A DNA stretch of 62,697 bases from an uncultured Candidatus Poseidoniales archaeon (GTDB lineage: Archaea; Thermoplasmatota; Poseidoniia; Poseidoniales; Thalassarchaeaceae), in assembly GCA_964645485.1 (NCBI GenBank), contig CAZXZO010000006.1, positions 1 through 62,697 of the forward strand. Direction: 5' to 3'. The notes below the pieces were generated by a model. It was not told the origin of the DNA and did not search any database. It saw only the letters and a program-made list of their open reading frames with translations. Positions 38,845 to 48,600 of the stretch are shown here, one piece after another. The stretch's first letter is position 1, and each line of letters starts with the position of its first letter. The position numbers and the translations under genes were made by a program.

Positions 38845-39426
38845 ATGTCACCGATTGGCCTGCAGGGTATTGTGGATGAATTAGAACGGCTATCCCTTGA
38901 ACATTCAAGAGAACGTTTTGAGATGGTTGAAGGTGAAATTACAGCAAATTTCGGCCTTTTATTTGCAGATGCTATGATTTACGCGATTGGGTTCATATCG
39001 GTAATTATCGGCTTATCAGATATTGCCATATCACTCGACCCGAAAGAATGGTTGTGGACAGCAGGTGACCACATCTTACTTCTAAGCGGAGTAGCATTAT
39101 GGGTATGTTCTCAATCTCTCAATGATTTCAAACGACTGCTCCCATTATGGCTACGAATGGTCCTCAAATTAGGAATCGGACCAAAAGACTTCTCAGACCA
39201 ATCTGAAAACTCCCAAAGGAGGCGTGCTGCAACCCTTGTAATCGCCTCATTACTATCAGCAATTACCGCGTGGAGAATATCTGTTTTACCAGATACAATC
39301 GCTACTAGGATTGGTATTGATTTTCATTTAGTAATCTATGCTGTTTCAGGTGGGCTTCTTTTACTTGCATTTTATTGGTACCGTCTCATCGGAGAAGGTT
39401 TGGAGATTGAACAATTCAATAGATAG
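38845..39426 (+). CDS. Hypothetical membrane protein (about 4 TM)
   Basis: Four hydrophobic segments; start taken at ATG 38845. Confidence 0.65.
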   Translation: MSPIGLQGIVDELERLSLEHSRERFEMVEGEITANFGLLFADAMIYAIGFISVIIGLSDIAISLDPKEWLWTAGDHILLLSGVALWVCSQSLNDFKRLLPLWLRMVLKLGIGPKDFSDQSENSQRRRAATLVIASLLSAITAWRISVLPDTIATRIGIDFHLVIYAVSGGLLLLAFYWYRLIGEGLEIEQFNR

Positions 39427-39475
39427 AGGGACAAACAACCGTTGAACTCAAAATGTACAAGCCGGAGGGATAAGT

Positions 39476-39823
39476 GTGAGTAAAGGATTTTCAACCCGCG
39501 TGCAAGAACGATTGCACGAGAAATTAGAGAATTCTCCCACCTGGCATACACCATTCCAAGTGGTGTTGGTGGTGCTTAGTGAAATCACAGGTGGAGTTGG
39601 ACCTTGGGGGGCATTGCGCCCATTAATTGCTACTGGATTGGCGATTATCCCTTTCTTCTTTCTCGGCCAGCATTTCAATCGTCAGCATTCCAAAGCATTT
39701 GATTGGTTTGCGCTCCAAATACCACTGCTATTCTGCTTACTTTGGCCTCTGATATGGTTCTGGTCAATCTTTGATGCATATCAAACAGCGATGCTTTCTG
39801 TGACCAAAACTTATTCTGCTTGA
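39476..39823 (+). CDS. Small hypothetical membrane protein
   Basis: 115 aa with 2-3 hydrophobic segments; GGAGG 9-13 nt upstream of the GTG start. Confidence 0.6.
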   Translation: MSKGFSTRVQERLHEKLENSPTWHTPFQVVLVVLSEITGGVGPWGALRPLIATGLAIIPFFFLGQHFNRQHSKAFDWFALQIPLLFCLLWPLIWFWSIFDAYQTAMLSVTKTYSA

Positions 39824-39824
39824 A

Positions 39825-42800
39825 TCACTGGGTTACAAAGGACTTAGCGGCTTCTTCCAATTCTTTATTGTTAAGGTAATTATTGCCATCTTTATCAAAA
39901 TCAATTGCATGAGTCATGAATGCTGATTTGTCAGTGATACCATGTGATTTCATTACTGAATCAAGTACAGAATCTGAATAGTTAAATTCTGCTGCTGGGT
40001 GGTTTGCAGGCAGTTTGTCATCCTCTTGTGAAACATCTGAAACTTCATTTTCTACCACAGGTTGAGATACTTCCTCTGCGACAACAGGGGTGGTTTGAGT
40101 TTGAGCCTCTCCACCTTGCTCTGAGCGCCAAGTATCAACTTGCCATTGAGTCCATCCTTGAGCAATTAACATCTCATCGGTCCATCCGGAATAATCGGAT
40201 TCAGTACTAGCCACCTCGGCTGCTGGTTCCGGTTCTGCAGAAACTTCCACCGTCTGCTCAACGGGTGGAACAAATCCATCTGGTGAAGGTGCAGTCGCAT
40301 TCGGGTCAAATCCATCTGGTGGAGGTGGAGTCGCGTTCGGATCAAAGCCGGCTGGTGGTGGCGGGGGCGCATCAGAGTCAAACCCAGGCGGAGGTGGCGG
40401 TGAATCCATTGCATCGACCACTGCCAATGTTTGTTCAGCAGGGTCTAGTTCAACGTCCTCGGCTGTCAACTGCCTGTTCATAGTTATCAAAACGACAATT
40501 GCAATCAGAGCGACAATTAATGCAATGTAAAGGAGAACTGTTCCAGTTTGTTCGCTAAATTGTTCGGATATAGCAGCACCGTCCCTAGCAACTGCTGGCT
40601 GAATTATGAGTGGGTCAAGGGACATTCGGTCTAGAATTACATGATTATCTTTCACTATCAAACGATAACGCTCAACTGTCTCCTCATCAACCTCTGAAGT
40701 CTTGATTGAAATCTCAGAAGAGAAGTTACCATTGGCACGTAATAACGCATCTGAGGAGGCATTGTTGACATTAATCCAATCGCCATCCTTGGTCTTTTGT
40801 TGTAAGGCAAAGGTTAGAGTTCCCTCCTCCCCATTTTCGTTAGCCCCATGAATTAACAAACTCACATTCTCACCTGATACTGGTGTAGCATCTGTCCAAT
40901 AGACATCTAAGTCCATCAGTGTAACAGTAGGCCCTACCCGGATAATTCTCCATTGAGTGAGCGGGGTTTGTTCAGTATTATTTTCTGAAACATATGGATT
41001 TCCTGCGGCGTCTGCCCCTGTCACCCATACATCAACCGTGTAACCCGGAAGTAGTTCAGTAACTCCCCCATCAGTCAGGTCAACAACACCCGTCCAATGA
41101 CCATACCCATACTGCTCAAGGAGAGTCCCTAACTCTTGAGAACCTCTAGAAACCTCAGATTCACCAGCCTTCACTTTGTAATGCAGGACTGCAGTCCTGT
41201 CGGCAATAAATCCGTGGTCATCACTTGAATTGATGAATACTGCAATTTCAGATGCATCTGTAATAGCGATGTCGCCAGATGGGCTAATTGCGTTAATTAC
41301 TGGAGAATTGCCATCAACTTCGAGGAGGATTCTTGGTTGCTCTTCACTTTCATCTTGAGCAATACCCGGCAAATTTTCTAGCCATGCTATCATATCTAAG
41401 TGGCCACTTCTTACATTAGGAACGAGAATATCACTTGTGAATTCCCCATCATCCCTCGGTACTGCTCTCCACTGTAATTCAAGATTACCAATTACGATAT
41501 CGAAAGCACCTTCTGGAGCAGGTGTTTCATCTTCACTGAAAAGTATTCTACCATTAACTCTGACAACTTGACCAGCCGCTATCGTTTCTTGCTCATTTCC
41601 GCCAGTGTAGAGATTTTTACCAGTTGCTAAATCAATTGCCGTGAAGTGTCCAGGAGCCATATCAAAACGAAGGTCATTATCTAGACTCCATCTATCATCA
41701 CCAAGACCATTGCGGTGTTCAAAACAAGCAAGGTCTTCACCATCAAGGCAAGGCCAATCTGTTATTTCTACCACTGGAATAAATGTTGTTTCACCATCAG
41801 TATCCCATACTTCTGAGAATAGCCAAGTCAACTGGAATTGAATATCTAAGTCAAGTGCAGTATCATTTACAATAGAGAAGTTACTGTAAAGGTTTGAAAC
41901 TGCTAATCCTTCCCCACCTGACTCAATATGCATGGCAAGTGAATCACTGGAAAGTTTAGTGAAGTTAGCCCAAATTGCGGTCTCATTTGCGTTTATATCA
42001 TTACCAAGTGCCATCTTTACACTTTCAATATCATTCCAGCCATTTTTATCCCAAACTCTCAGTTTGGCTGTATATTTCGTACCGGGATGTAGTGGTGCAG
42101 AATCATCGTGGCCAACAATTGTAGAATTGCCATCAAGTACTAAGAATGGTTCAAATTCTTCCCGGATTTTGTAAGTTACTAAATCAGCATCCCAATCAGG
42201 AAGAGTTTGGGTTGAAAGTTCGCCACATGGTGCATCTTCGTCAAGACACACAGGGCCACCACCCATTGCTAACACGTTTCCTTGGGCATCAGCACCGGAC
42301 AAGAAGAAGGAAACTACTTCTCCATGATGATTCATGGAATCGGTGATTAATCCTTCAAAAATATTGATTCCACCGGGTTGTAATTCAGGAGTTCTAAGAG
42401 ACATTGTAGTGTACTCATTTTCATCTGGGATTTTATCATAATTCAAGTCATCTTGACCTTGCCTCCAATAATGAAGGGTCAATAGAGTTGGAGGGTCAAC
42501 AGAATCCTGTACAACTATTCTTATTGGTTGGTCAGGGTTACCCTTATGCCTTTCAGAACCATCTTCTGGTGTTGCACCAATAACCAATGGACTATTTCCA
42601 TCTAAAACAATTCTTACGGAGTTAAATTCAGGATTGATGTATGTTGAACCATTTTGTAGATTTACCGCTTTGATTCGGAAAAGCATGCCGCCTGGTGATG
42701 ACTCTATTGGCGAAGTAATCGTCAATGAGTATTGACCGTGACTCGGATTTGGTTCAATGTGGAATTGTTTTTCAGGTTCCTCAGCAATTCCACTCATTGA

Positions 42801-45434
42801 TAGATTATGACCTGTCAGTTCAATGCTGAATTGTCCTGCATGTGGCGTGTAAGTTGTTCCTTCAAACACAATGCCGCCTTGGAAGGTCATTTGGAGACCA
42901 CCTCTCATCCAATCATTTCCTTCAAGGGCTCTTCCAGTTTCATCGGTAACACCTAAGTCAAGCAACACAATGTCGTTTTCAACACGAACATCCATGTCAC
43001 TGGTTAACCAGCCATTCACTTGTCTACCAATGTCATCGTCAACTGTAATTTTTGTTTCTACGTCTAATTCATCATTCCATTCCCATGTGGATTCAATAGG
43101 GAATAGTAAGGAAAGGACACCATTTCCATCTGTAGATGAAGAGCAATTGCCAGCATCAAAGCGAACTAAATTATCGCTGTTGCTCACTAAATCACAGACA
43201 TTTCCACTTTGCCATTGCAATACCGAATTATTACGGCCATTAGCCATCAATTCAACTTGCACCTGTGTAATTCTGTCTGCTTCATCACCTTTGGCAACTC
43301 GAACTAGTAACACACGAGTATCCCCATCTGGAACCAATATATTCCCCTCAATCTCCGCAGTTAGGGCGCGGGTGTTTAATCGATAAGTAATATCAAGATT
43401 TGAAACTTTAATTCTTCCAGGTGAACCAGCAGATAGGCCCAGTGTCACATTTGAGATACCTTCCCCATTGTCTAGAATGTTATCATTGAATGCAGTAACT
43501 AGAGTTGCACCACTGAGAACTATTGGAGAATTCAGTAGACCTGTGCCGATGTATTCGTTTGTGTTGTCTGCCCCAATATCAAGCCTCACAGCCGAAGGAT
43601 ATCCTTCTTCATAATCGAGTGTAAAGGTATCTAACAGCGGAGTGAGTGCTGAATCCGTTGTCGCAAAACTGACTCGATACTTTAGTGCTGAACCCTGAGT
43701 TTGCAATTCTATCAACTGATTATTGGTTGCAGAATGCCAATTAGTTCCATTGTCATTACTAACCTCAACAGTCAGTGAAGTGCCAGTTGGAAGGGTTTCA
43801 GTCCATTGTGGCTGTAGTGTACCAACTTGAGTACCTGTTGGAATCTTTGGAGATGTCCAAGTACCAGACGTCGCATATGCGGTGCCATATGCCATCGACA
43901 GCCACCATGAAACTGCAGTGCCACCAACTAGTTGTAATTTCCAACGCAAATGGTTGCCCGGATTTGAGAAGTGAACGGTCTCATTATTTGTCACTTTTAC
44001 CCAGTGAGTACCATTGTCCGCACTTACCCAATAATCAACTCTGTCACCCGTAGATGTCGCTGACCACGACGTCTCTAAATTTGCCATTATTACATCATCA
44101 TTGGTGATAATTGGTTCCGAAATCCAACTAGAAGTCCCTGGTTGAGGTGAAATCGGATAGGCCCATCCAGTACCGTATTCACGATAATATCTTGCAGACC
44201 ACATGTAGTGATCAATCAATGAGAGTCTAGCACCATCGTAATATAACCCAAATCCACGAGCACTAATTGAGCGCTCTCCAGTTTGTTTAGCAAGAGTTGT
44301 TGATGTGCCACTGATTGCATAAGCCTCCAATCGGTCTTGATAGTAATTGTACTGACTTCTAAAGAAGAACATATTATTGTGCGCTACCAAACCATTTTGC
44401 TCACTATAACTAGAAAAGTAAGAGTATTGTAAATCAGTATCTCTCTCAAAAGTCCCATCAGAGTTGAATGTGTATGGGGTTACGGTGTTCCTTACAGAAT
44501 GTAATACCCAGATAATGTCACGGCTCCTGTCGTACGAGATACCGGTGTATGGACCATACGAGTTAGAAGATAAGTCGTATGTGTTTTCACAAGTCCAAAC
44601 ATTTTCGTAACGGATATCCAAAACCACCATCACCAATTCGTTGATAGAAGCGGATTGCCGATTCAATCCGAGGATTGCATACAATTTCTCATCATCCCCA
44701 ATTGTCCAATCTCTGAACCCATAATATGCGCCCCAAGTTGAACCTGTAGGTGAAGGAATGTTACAATTACCCTCAACAATTGCAACACTAGAAGCGGTAC
44801 TGAGATTGTTAGGATAGGTTTTCTTGACCACTTGGTTTAGAGTCGTTGAGGCAAATGTCGAAACATAAGTCCAGCCACGGTAATTTAGAGCCGCTCCAGC
44901 ACCTTGATTTCCGAATGGAGAAGTAACTGTTCTTTGAGGGTTGAATCTTGTTTCTGAGGCATTCGATGTATGTGGTTGACGGATTGAAAAAGATCGATTG
45001 TCGTTCCATGCTGCCCCCGAGGTTGGGGTCTCATCAATTTGATGTGAAGAAAAATTGACCGTTGAAGATTCAAGGCCAAGAGAAATTGAGTCTGAACGAG
45101 CGTCAGTATCAACTGCATCTCCAACAATCCAATCAGGTCTTGCGGTGTGTAGAATCTGATTCCAACCGGTAGAAGAAGCACCTGAGAGAGTCATCTCTAC
45201 TGCAGTGACTTCTGCCCCTCTAGGCAAAGAAACTTTGACATTGGTCGCCTTTTGGCCACTTTGGTAGAGTGCTACTGCCTCGTTAGAACCGTCAGTGAAC
45301 GTGTAAACATGCCTCTGGCCGCCTGACGCTTCAGCAACATCACTTGTGAAGTCTAGCAGAGGTGCAAGCGATGAAAAAAGAAATAGCAAAACCAGCATTG
45401 AAGGTATATGTCTTCTGTTTACTTCACTATGCAT
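39825..45434 (-). CDS. Giant (1869 aa) secreted single-pass surface protein with beta-propeller and Ig-like domains; cytoplasmic Pro-rich tail and EF-hand-like loop
   Basis: Signal peptide; aromatic-rich blade-like region; duplicated module (VDYWVSADNGTHW / LTVEVSNDNGTNW); TM segment VLLYIALIVALIAIVVLI; PPPPxGFD repeats; terminal DKDGNNYLNNKEL. Confidence 0.8.
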   Translation of the reverse strand: MHSEVNRRHIPSMLVLLFLFSSLAPLLDFTSDVAEASGGQRHVYTFTDGSNEAVALYQSGQKATNVKVSLPRGAEVTAVEMTLSGASSTGWNQILHTARPDWIVGDAVDTDARSDSISLGLESSTVNFSSHQIDETPTSGAAWNDNRSFSIRQPHTSNASETRFNPQRTVTSPFGNQGAGAALNYRGWTYVSTFASTTLNQVVKKTYPNNLSTASSVAIVEGNCNIPSPTGSTWGAYYGFRDWTIGDDEKLYAILGLNRQSASINELVMVVLDIRYENVWTCENTYDLSSNSYGPYTGISYDRSRDIIWVLHSVRNTVTPYTFNSDGTFERDTDLQYSYFSSYSEQNGLVAHNNMFFFRSQYNYYQDRLEAYAISGTSTTLAKQTGERSISARGFGLYYDGARLSLIDHYMWSARYYREYGTGWAYPISPQPGTSSWISEPIITNDDVIMANLETSWSATSTGDRVDYWVSADNGTHWVKVTNNETVHFSNPGNHLRWKLQLVGGTAVSWWLSMAYGTAYATSGTWTSPKIPTGTQVGTLQPQWTETLPTGTSLTVEVSNDNGTNWHSATNNQLIELQTQGSALKYRVSFATTDSALTPLLDTFTLDYEEGYPSAVRLDIGADNTNEYIGTGLLNSPIVLSGATLVTAFNDNILDNGEGISNVTLGLSAGSPGRIKVSNLDITYRLNTRALTAEIEGNILVPDGDTRVLLVRVAKGDEADRITQVQVELMANGRNNSVLQWQSGNVCDLVSNSDNLVRFDAGNCSSSTDGNGVLSLLFPIESTWEWNDELDVETKITVDDDIGRQVNGWLTSDMDVRVENDIVLLDLGVTDETGRALEGNDWMRGGLQMTFQGGIVFEGTTYTPHAGQFSIELTGHNLSMSGIAEEPEKQFHIEPNPSHGQYSLTITSPIESSPGGMLFRIKAVNLQNGSTYINPEFNSVRIVLDGNSPLVIGATPEDGSERHKGNPDQPIRIVVQDSVDPPTLLTLHYWRQGQDDLNYDKIPDENEYTTMSLRTPELQPGGINIFEGLITDSMNHHGEVVSFFLSGADAQGNVLAMGGGPVCLDEDAPCGELSTQTLPDWDADLVTYKIREEFEPFLVLDGNSTIVGHDDSAPLHPGTKYTAKLRVWDKNGWNDIESVKMALGNDINANETAIWANFTKLSSDSLAMHIESGGEGLAVSNLYSNFSIVNDTALDLDIQFQLTWLFSEVWDTDGETTFIPVVEITDWPCLDGEDLACFEHRNGLGDDRWSLDNDLRFDMAPGHFTAIDLATGKNLYTGGNEQETIAAGQVVRVNGRILFSEDETPAPEGAFDIVIGNLELQWRAVPRDDGEFTSDILVPNVRSGHLDMIAWLENLPGIAQDESEEQPRILLEVDGNSPVINAISPSGDIAITDASEIAVFINSSDDHGFIADRTAVLHYKVKAGESEVSRGSQELGTLLEQYGYGHWTGVVDLTDGGVTELLPGYTVDVWVTGADAAGNPYVSENNTEQTPLTQWRIIRVGPTVTLMDLDVYWTDATPVSGENVSLLIHGANENGEEGTLTFALQQKTKDGDWINVNNASSDALLRANGNFSSEISIKTSEVDEETVERYRLIVKDNHVILDRMSLDPLIIQPAVARDGAAISEQFSEQTGTVLLYIALIVALIAIVVLITMNRQLTAEDVELDPAEQTLAVVDAMDSPPPPPGFDSDAPPPPPAGFDPNATPPPPDGFDPNATAPSPDGFVPPVEQTVEVSAEPEPAAEVASTESDYSGWTDEMLIAQGWTQWQVDTWRSEQGGEAQTQTTPVVAEEVSQPVVENEVSDVSQEDDKLPANHPAAEFNYSDSVLDSVMKSHGITDKSAFMTHAIDFDKDGNNYLNNKELEEAAKSFVTQ
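40271..40407. repeat. Intragenic 36-bp tandem repeat (~3.8 copies) encoding PPPPxGFD(P/S)(N/D)A
   Basis: Units start at 40271, 40307, 40343 and 40379 (caaatccatctggtg..., caaatccatctggtg..., caaagccggctggtg..., caaacccaggcgg...). Confidence 0.8.
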
Positions 45435-45497
45435 GGCATTCCCTCATTACATGACAAAATACTCCTCCCTATCAAATCTCCCCCACTCGGTCAAAGG

Positions 45498-45523
45498 TGA
45501 CTCTGGCCTACGGCCAGATGTCA
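45498..45523. promoter_or_regulatory. Inverted repeat TCTGGCC-TAC-GGCCAGA (extends TGAC/GTCA) upstream of the 1869-aa gene
   Basis: 7-bp perfect stem at 45502-45518 with a TAC loop, ~70-85 nt upstream of the start. Confidence 0.5.
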
Positions 45524-45612
45524 AGAGAATTTTTTCAGGTCAATTTGACAGTTGTATTGGAATGAGTTTCAGGACAAAATCAAATTGCAAAAACTTCGAG
45601 AAAATTAGGATT

Positions 45613-48600
45613 TCAAGCACTATTTGTAGTACGGTCATCGTAACGAATTGGTGATGGCCCATTTCCACGGATCCCATCAAGCATATCATTCTCAATTTCG
45701 AACCAATCATTCAACCAATCACCATCGGTATCCCAGTTGATTGGATTAGTCCCATCTGCAATCATGTCTCCATTAAAATCTAGAAGCCACCATCCATATA
45801 CCATCTCACCTAAACCAGTGTTTGGCAAGTGATATTGGTCACCAAAGACGCGTCCCCAATCTGCTGTCCAATCGCCTTTCACAAGTGGTGTATCATCAGA
45901 ACCATTGATTGTCAGATAATCAATATCATGATCATCAACAACTAAAGCATACAGCTGGTCTGAAAGTTGGTTGATTCTAAACATCCGTAGATAATTCCAT
46001 TGGTACTCATTTGCTCTTCCCTTCGCTAGTAATGCGTTTTGAAGTTCCCACCATTCTTGAGGTACTATCTGAATTGGAGGGTCTGAGCCCGCAATTGTTA
46101 CTGGGGTTGCTCTAGCAAGTGTTGCAGAGGTGATAGATTGATTTGTTAAACCAAAGAATTCTTGGAAATTGTTGTAGGGAGTGTAAGTACAACCAGCATT
46201 ACTACAATCCCAGTTTCCATCTTTATCAGGGTCTTGCAATGAATCGCTTGGGTCAGTTGGGTCAAATGTCACCCATGTCCAGTTTAGAAGTGGTCTCTCA
46301 AGCATGCTGCCATTTCCATGTAATGGACGCATTGCAATGTTTCCAAGAATTGAATACTGCTCCCAGACAACTTCTACTTGTTGATAAGATGACCAATTAT
46401 CATTGGTTTCATTCCAACCATATTTCAATTCGTACCAATCAGGCAACATATCCCAATCTGTATCATTATGAGTGGCATCAGTTCCATACTTGAACACCTC
46501 TCTTCCATCGGTCAAATGCCAACTTCGATAGAAATCATCTGTCAGAGTTGGGTCTGCTGAGTTAGCCACGCGAACCATATTTACAGCATCGCCATCGGTA
46601 TCATTGAGGTCTGGTCTAGTGCCATTGTCATACTCCATCCAATTAGTGAAGAAAAGAGGATTATTCCCCGGAGCATATTGGTCGTCAATGGAACCAGGGG
46701 TGAATGCGTGATTAGCCCATCTACCCTGTTCAGCAGGTGTGTCCTGGCTAGTCCTGTCAAACCAGCCATCCTCATCTGGGTCGTAATTAACATCGAGCGG
46801 GTTCACCGGATTGAGTGTCCAACGATATTCGTTCACAGGCATCACTTCTTGATAAGCCCCGTAACAAAATTCCCATCCATCGGGTAAGCCATCCATATCA
46901 CTATCAGGGTGAGTTGGGTCAGAAATTCCAATCAGACTAATGTTGAAATTATCACTCCATGCTGTATTGATTCTTGACAGACGTTCTGTACTAGTTACAT
47001 CCTTTGAGGCGAATATATTGACAATTACTTGTCTTGCATCTTCCCATGAAAGGGAATTTTCACTCATTTGAGCAGCAATTGCGTCATCACCGAAATCAAC
47101 CAATCCATAGCCGGGCGGGAACATGTAACGCAAAGATTCCTTTCCATAGATTCTAGCCTCATATTCCCTTAGATTGGTATAACGTTCACTCATCTGAATT
47201 ATACCATCTTCATTACAATCATAAGAATCATCATCGCTATCTGCATCAATATCTGATTGGGTTAGTGGATTCATTGACCATCGGTTATCATCTAAATCCC
47301 ATTCTGTGAACCAATACTCGTATCCATCTATCATACCATCATCGTCAGTATCATTATTTGTTGGGTCGGTGATACCAATTAGAGTTGCTAATAATGGTCT
47401 AGCCACTCCTGTTGATACCCACTCCGCGTGTTGGTCAAGTGCCAAAAACGCTCGGCCGAGTTTGTTGTCAAGTATAGACTGAACTCGGCTGGTGAAGTTC
47501 TGTGGTTCAAGTGCATATGCTTCTTCCCACATCTTAGGTGCATCAGGAGGTGCAAGTCCGCCATTAAGTGGGTTCTCGAAAGTCAAATTTAATTCTTGAC
47601 GGTCGGTAAGTGAATCTTGGTCACCATCACCTCCACCATCATTCGAGACTAGTGGATTCAATGACCAATTGCCAAATGTAGAATTCCATTGTGTAAAGAG
47701 TAATTCAATTCCATCAAGCAAGCCATCGCCATCGCTATCGGCATTATTTGGGTCACAAGTAGGCCCACTCATGGCATATTGTGACGGAGTGATGTATGAG
47801 CCAAATGATGATGTCCCTACAGCCATATTCCACGGTGTCAAAATCAATGTATTGCCCAATTTAAACGGATGATATTGAGGAGAAGTCTGATTCTCATTGG
47901 TTTCAGTAATTGTAGCATTTATGCTGTTATACTCCTCCCAATTAGTCATGCCGTCCCCATCAGGGTCGTTGAAAATATCACTCTCATTAACTGGATTCAA
48001 AGTCCAAACTGATTCAAATGTATCCCAGCGTGCGTACCAAACTTCCCACCCGTCAGGCATCCCATCACCATCTGTATCAGCAACCAAAGGATTTGCCGAA
48101 CCATGGTCTGTTAATGGCATTCCAGGAACACTCGCAATAGTGGTTGGACTTACCATCTCACCAAACGGCCTTGATGCACTTGACACCCATGTATCATTCC
48201 ACAATGATGTAGAAAAACCATCTGGGAGAGGTGCACCACTTTCAGTAAAGTTACCAAAAATTTGGTCATCTCGAATATGATATTCCATCCAGTTGCTAAA
48301 TTCTTCTTCTGCTTGAATTACTCCATCATGGTTAGAGTCGTACCCATCTCCGTCTGGATTTGAAAACGCGTCACTACCATTTAGAGGATTGATGCCAATG
48401 TTAGTAATAAGCCAAGTACAAGAATATCTTGACTCCCACCCATCAGGTAAAGAATCACCATCTGAGTCGGGGTTATTTGGGTCAATCTTGGACCAAGATG
48501 CTGCTGCTTCGGCAGTCTCGCCGTATGCAGGCAATCCATCTTCTAATGCTGCTTGTAACAGCAATTCCCATTGATATTCACACAAATTTGACAGGCCATC

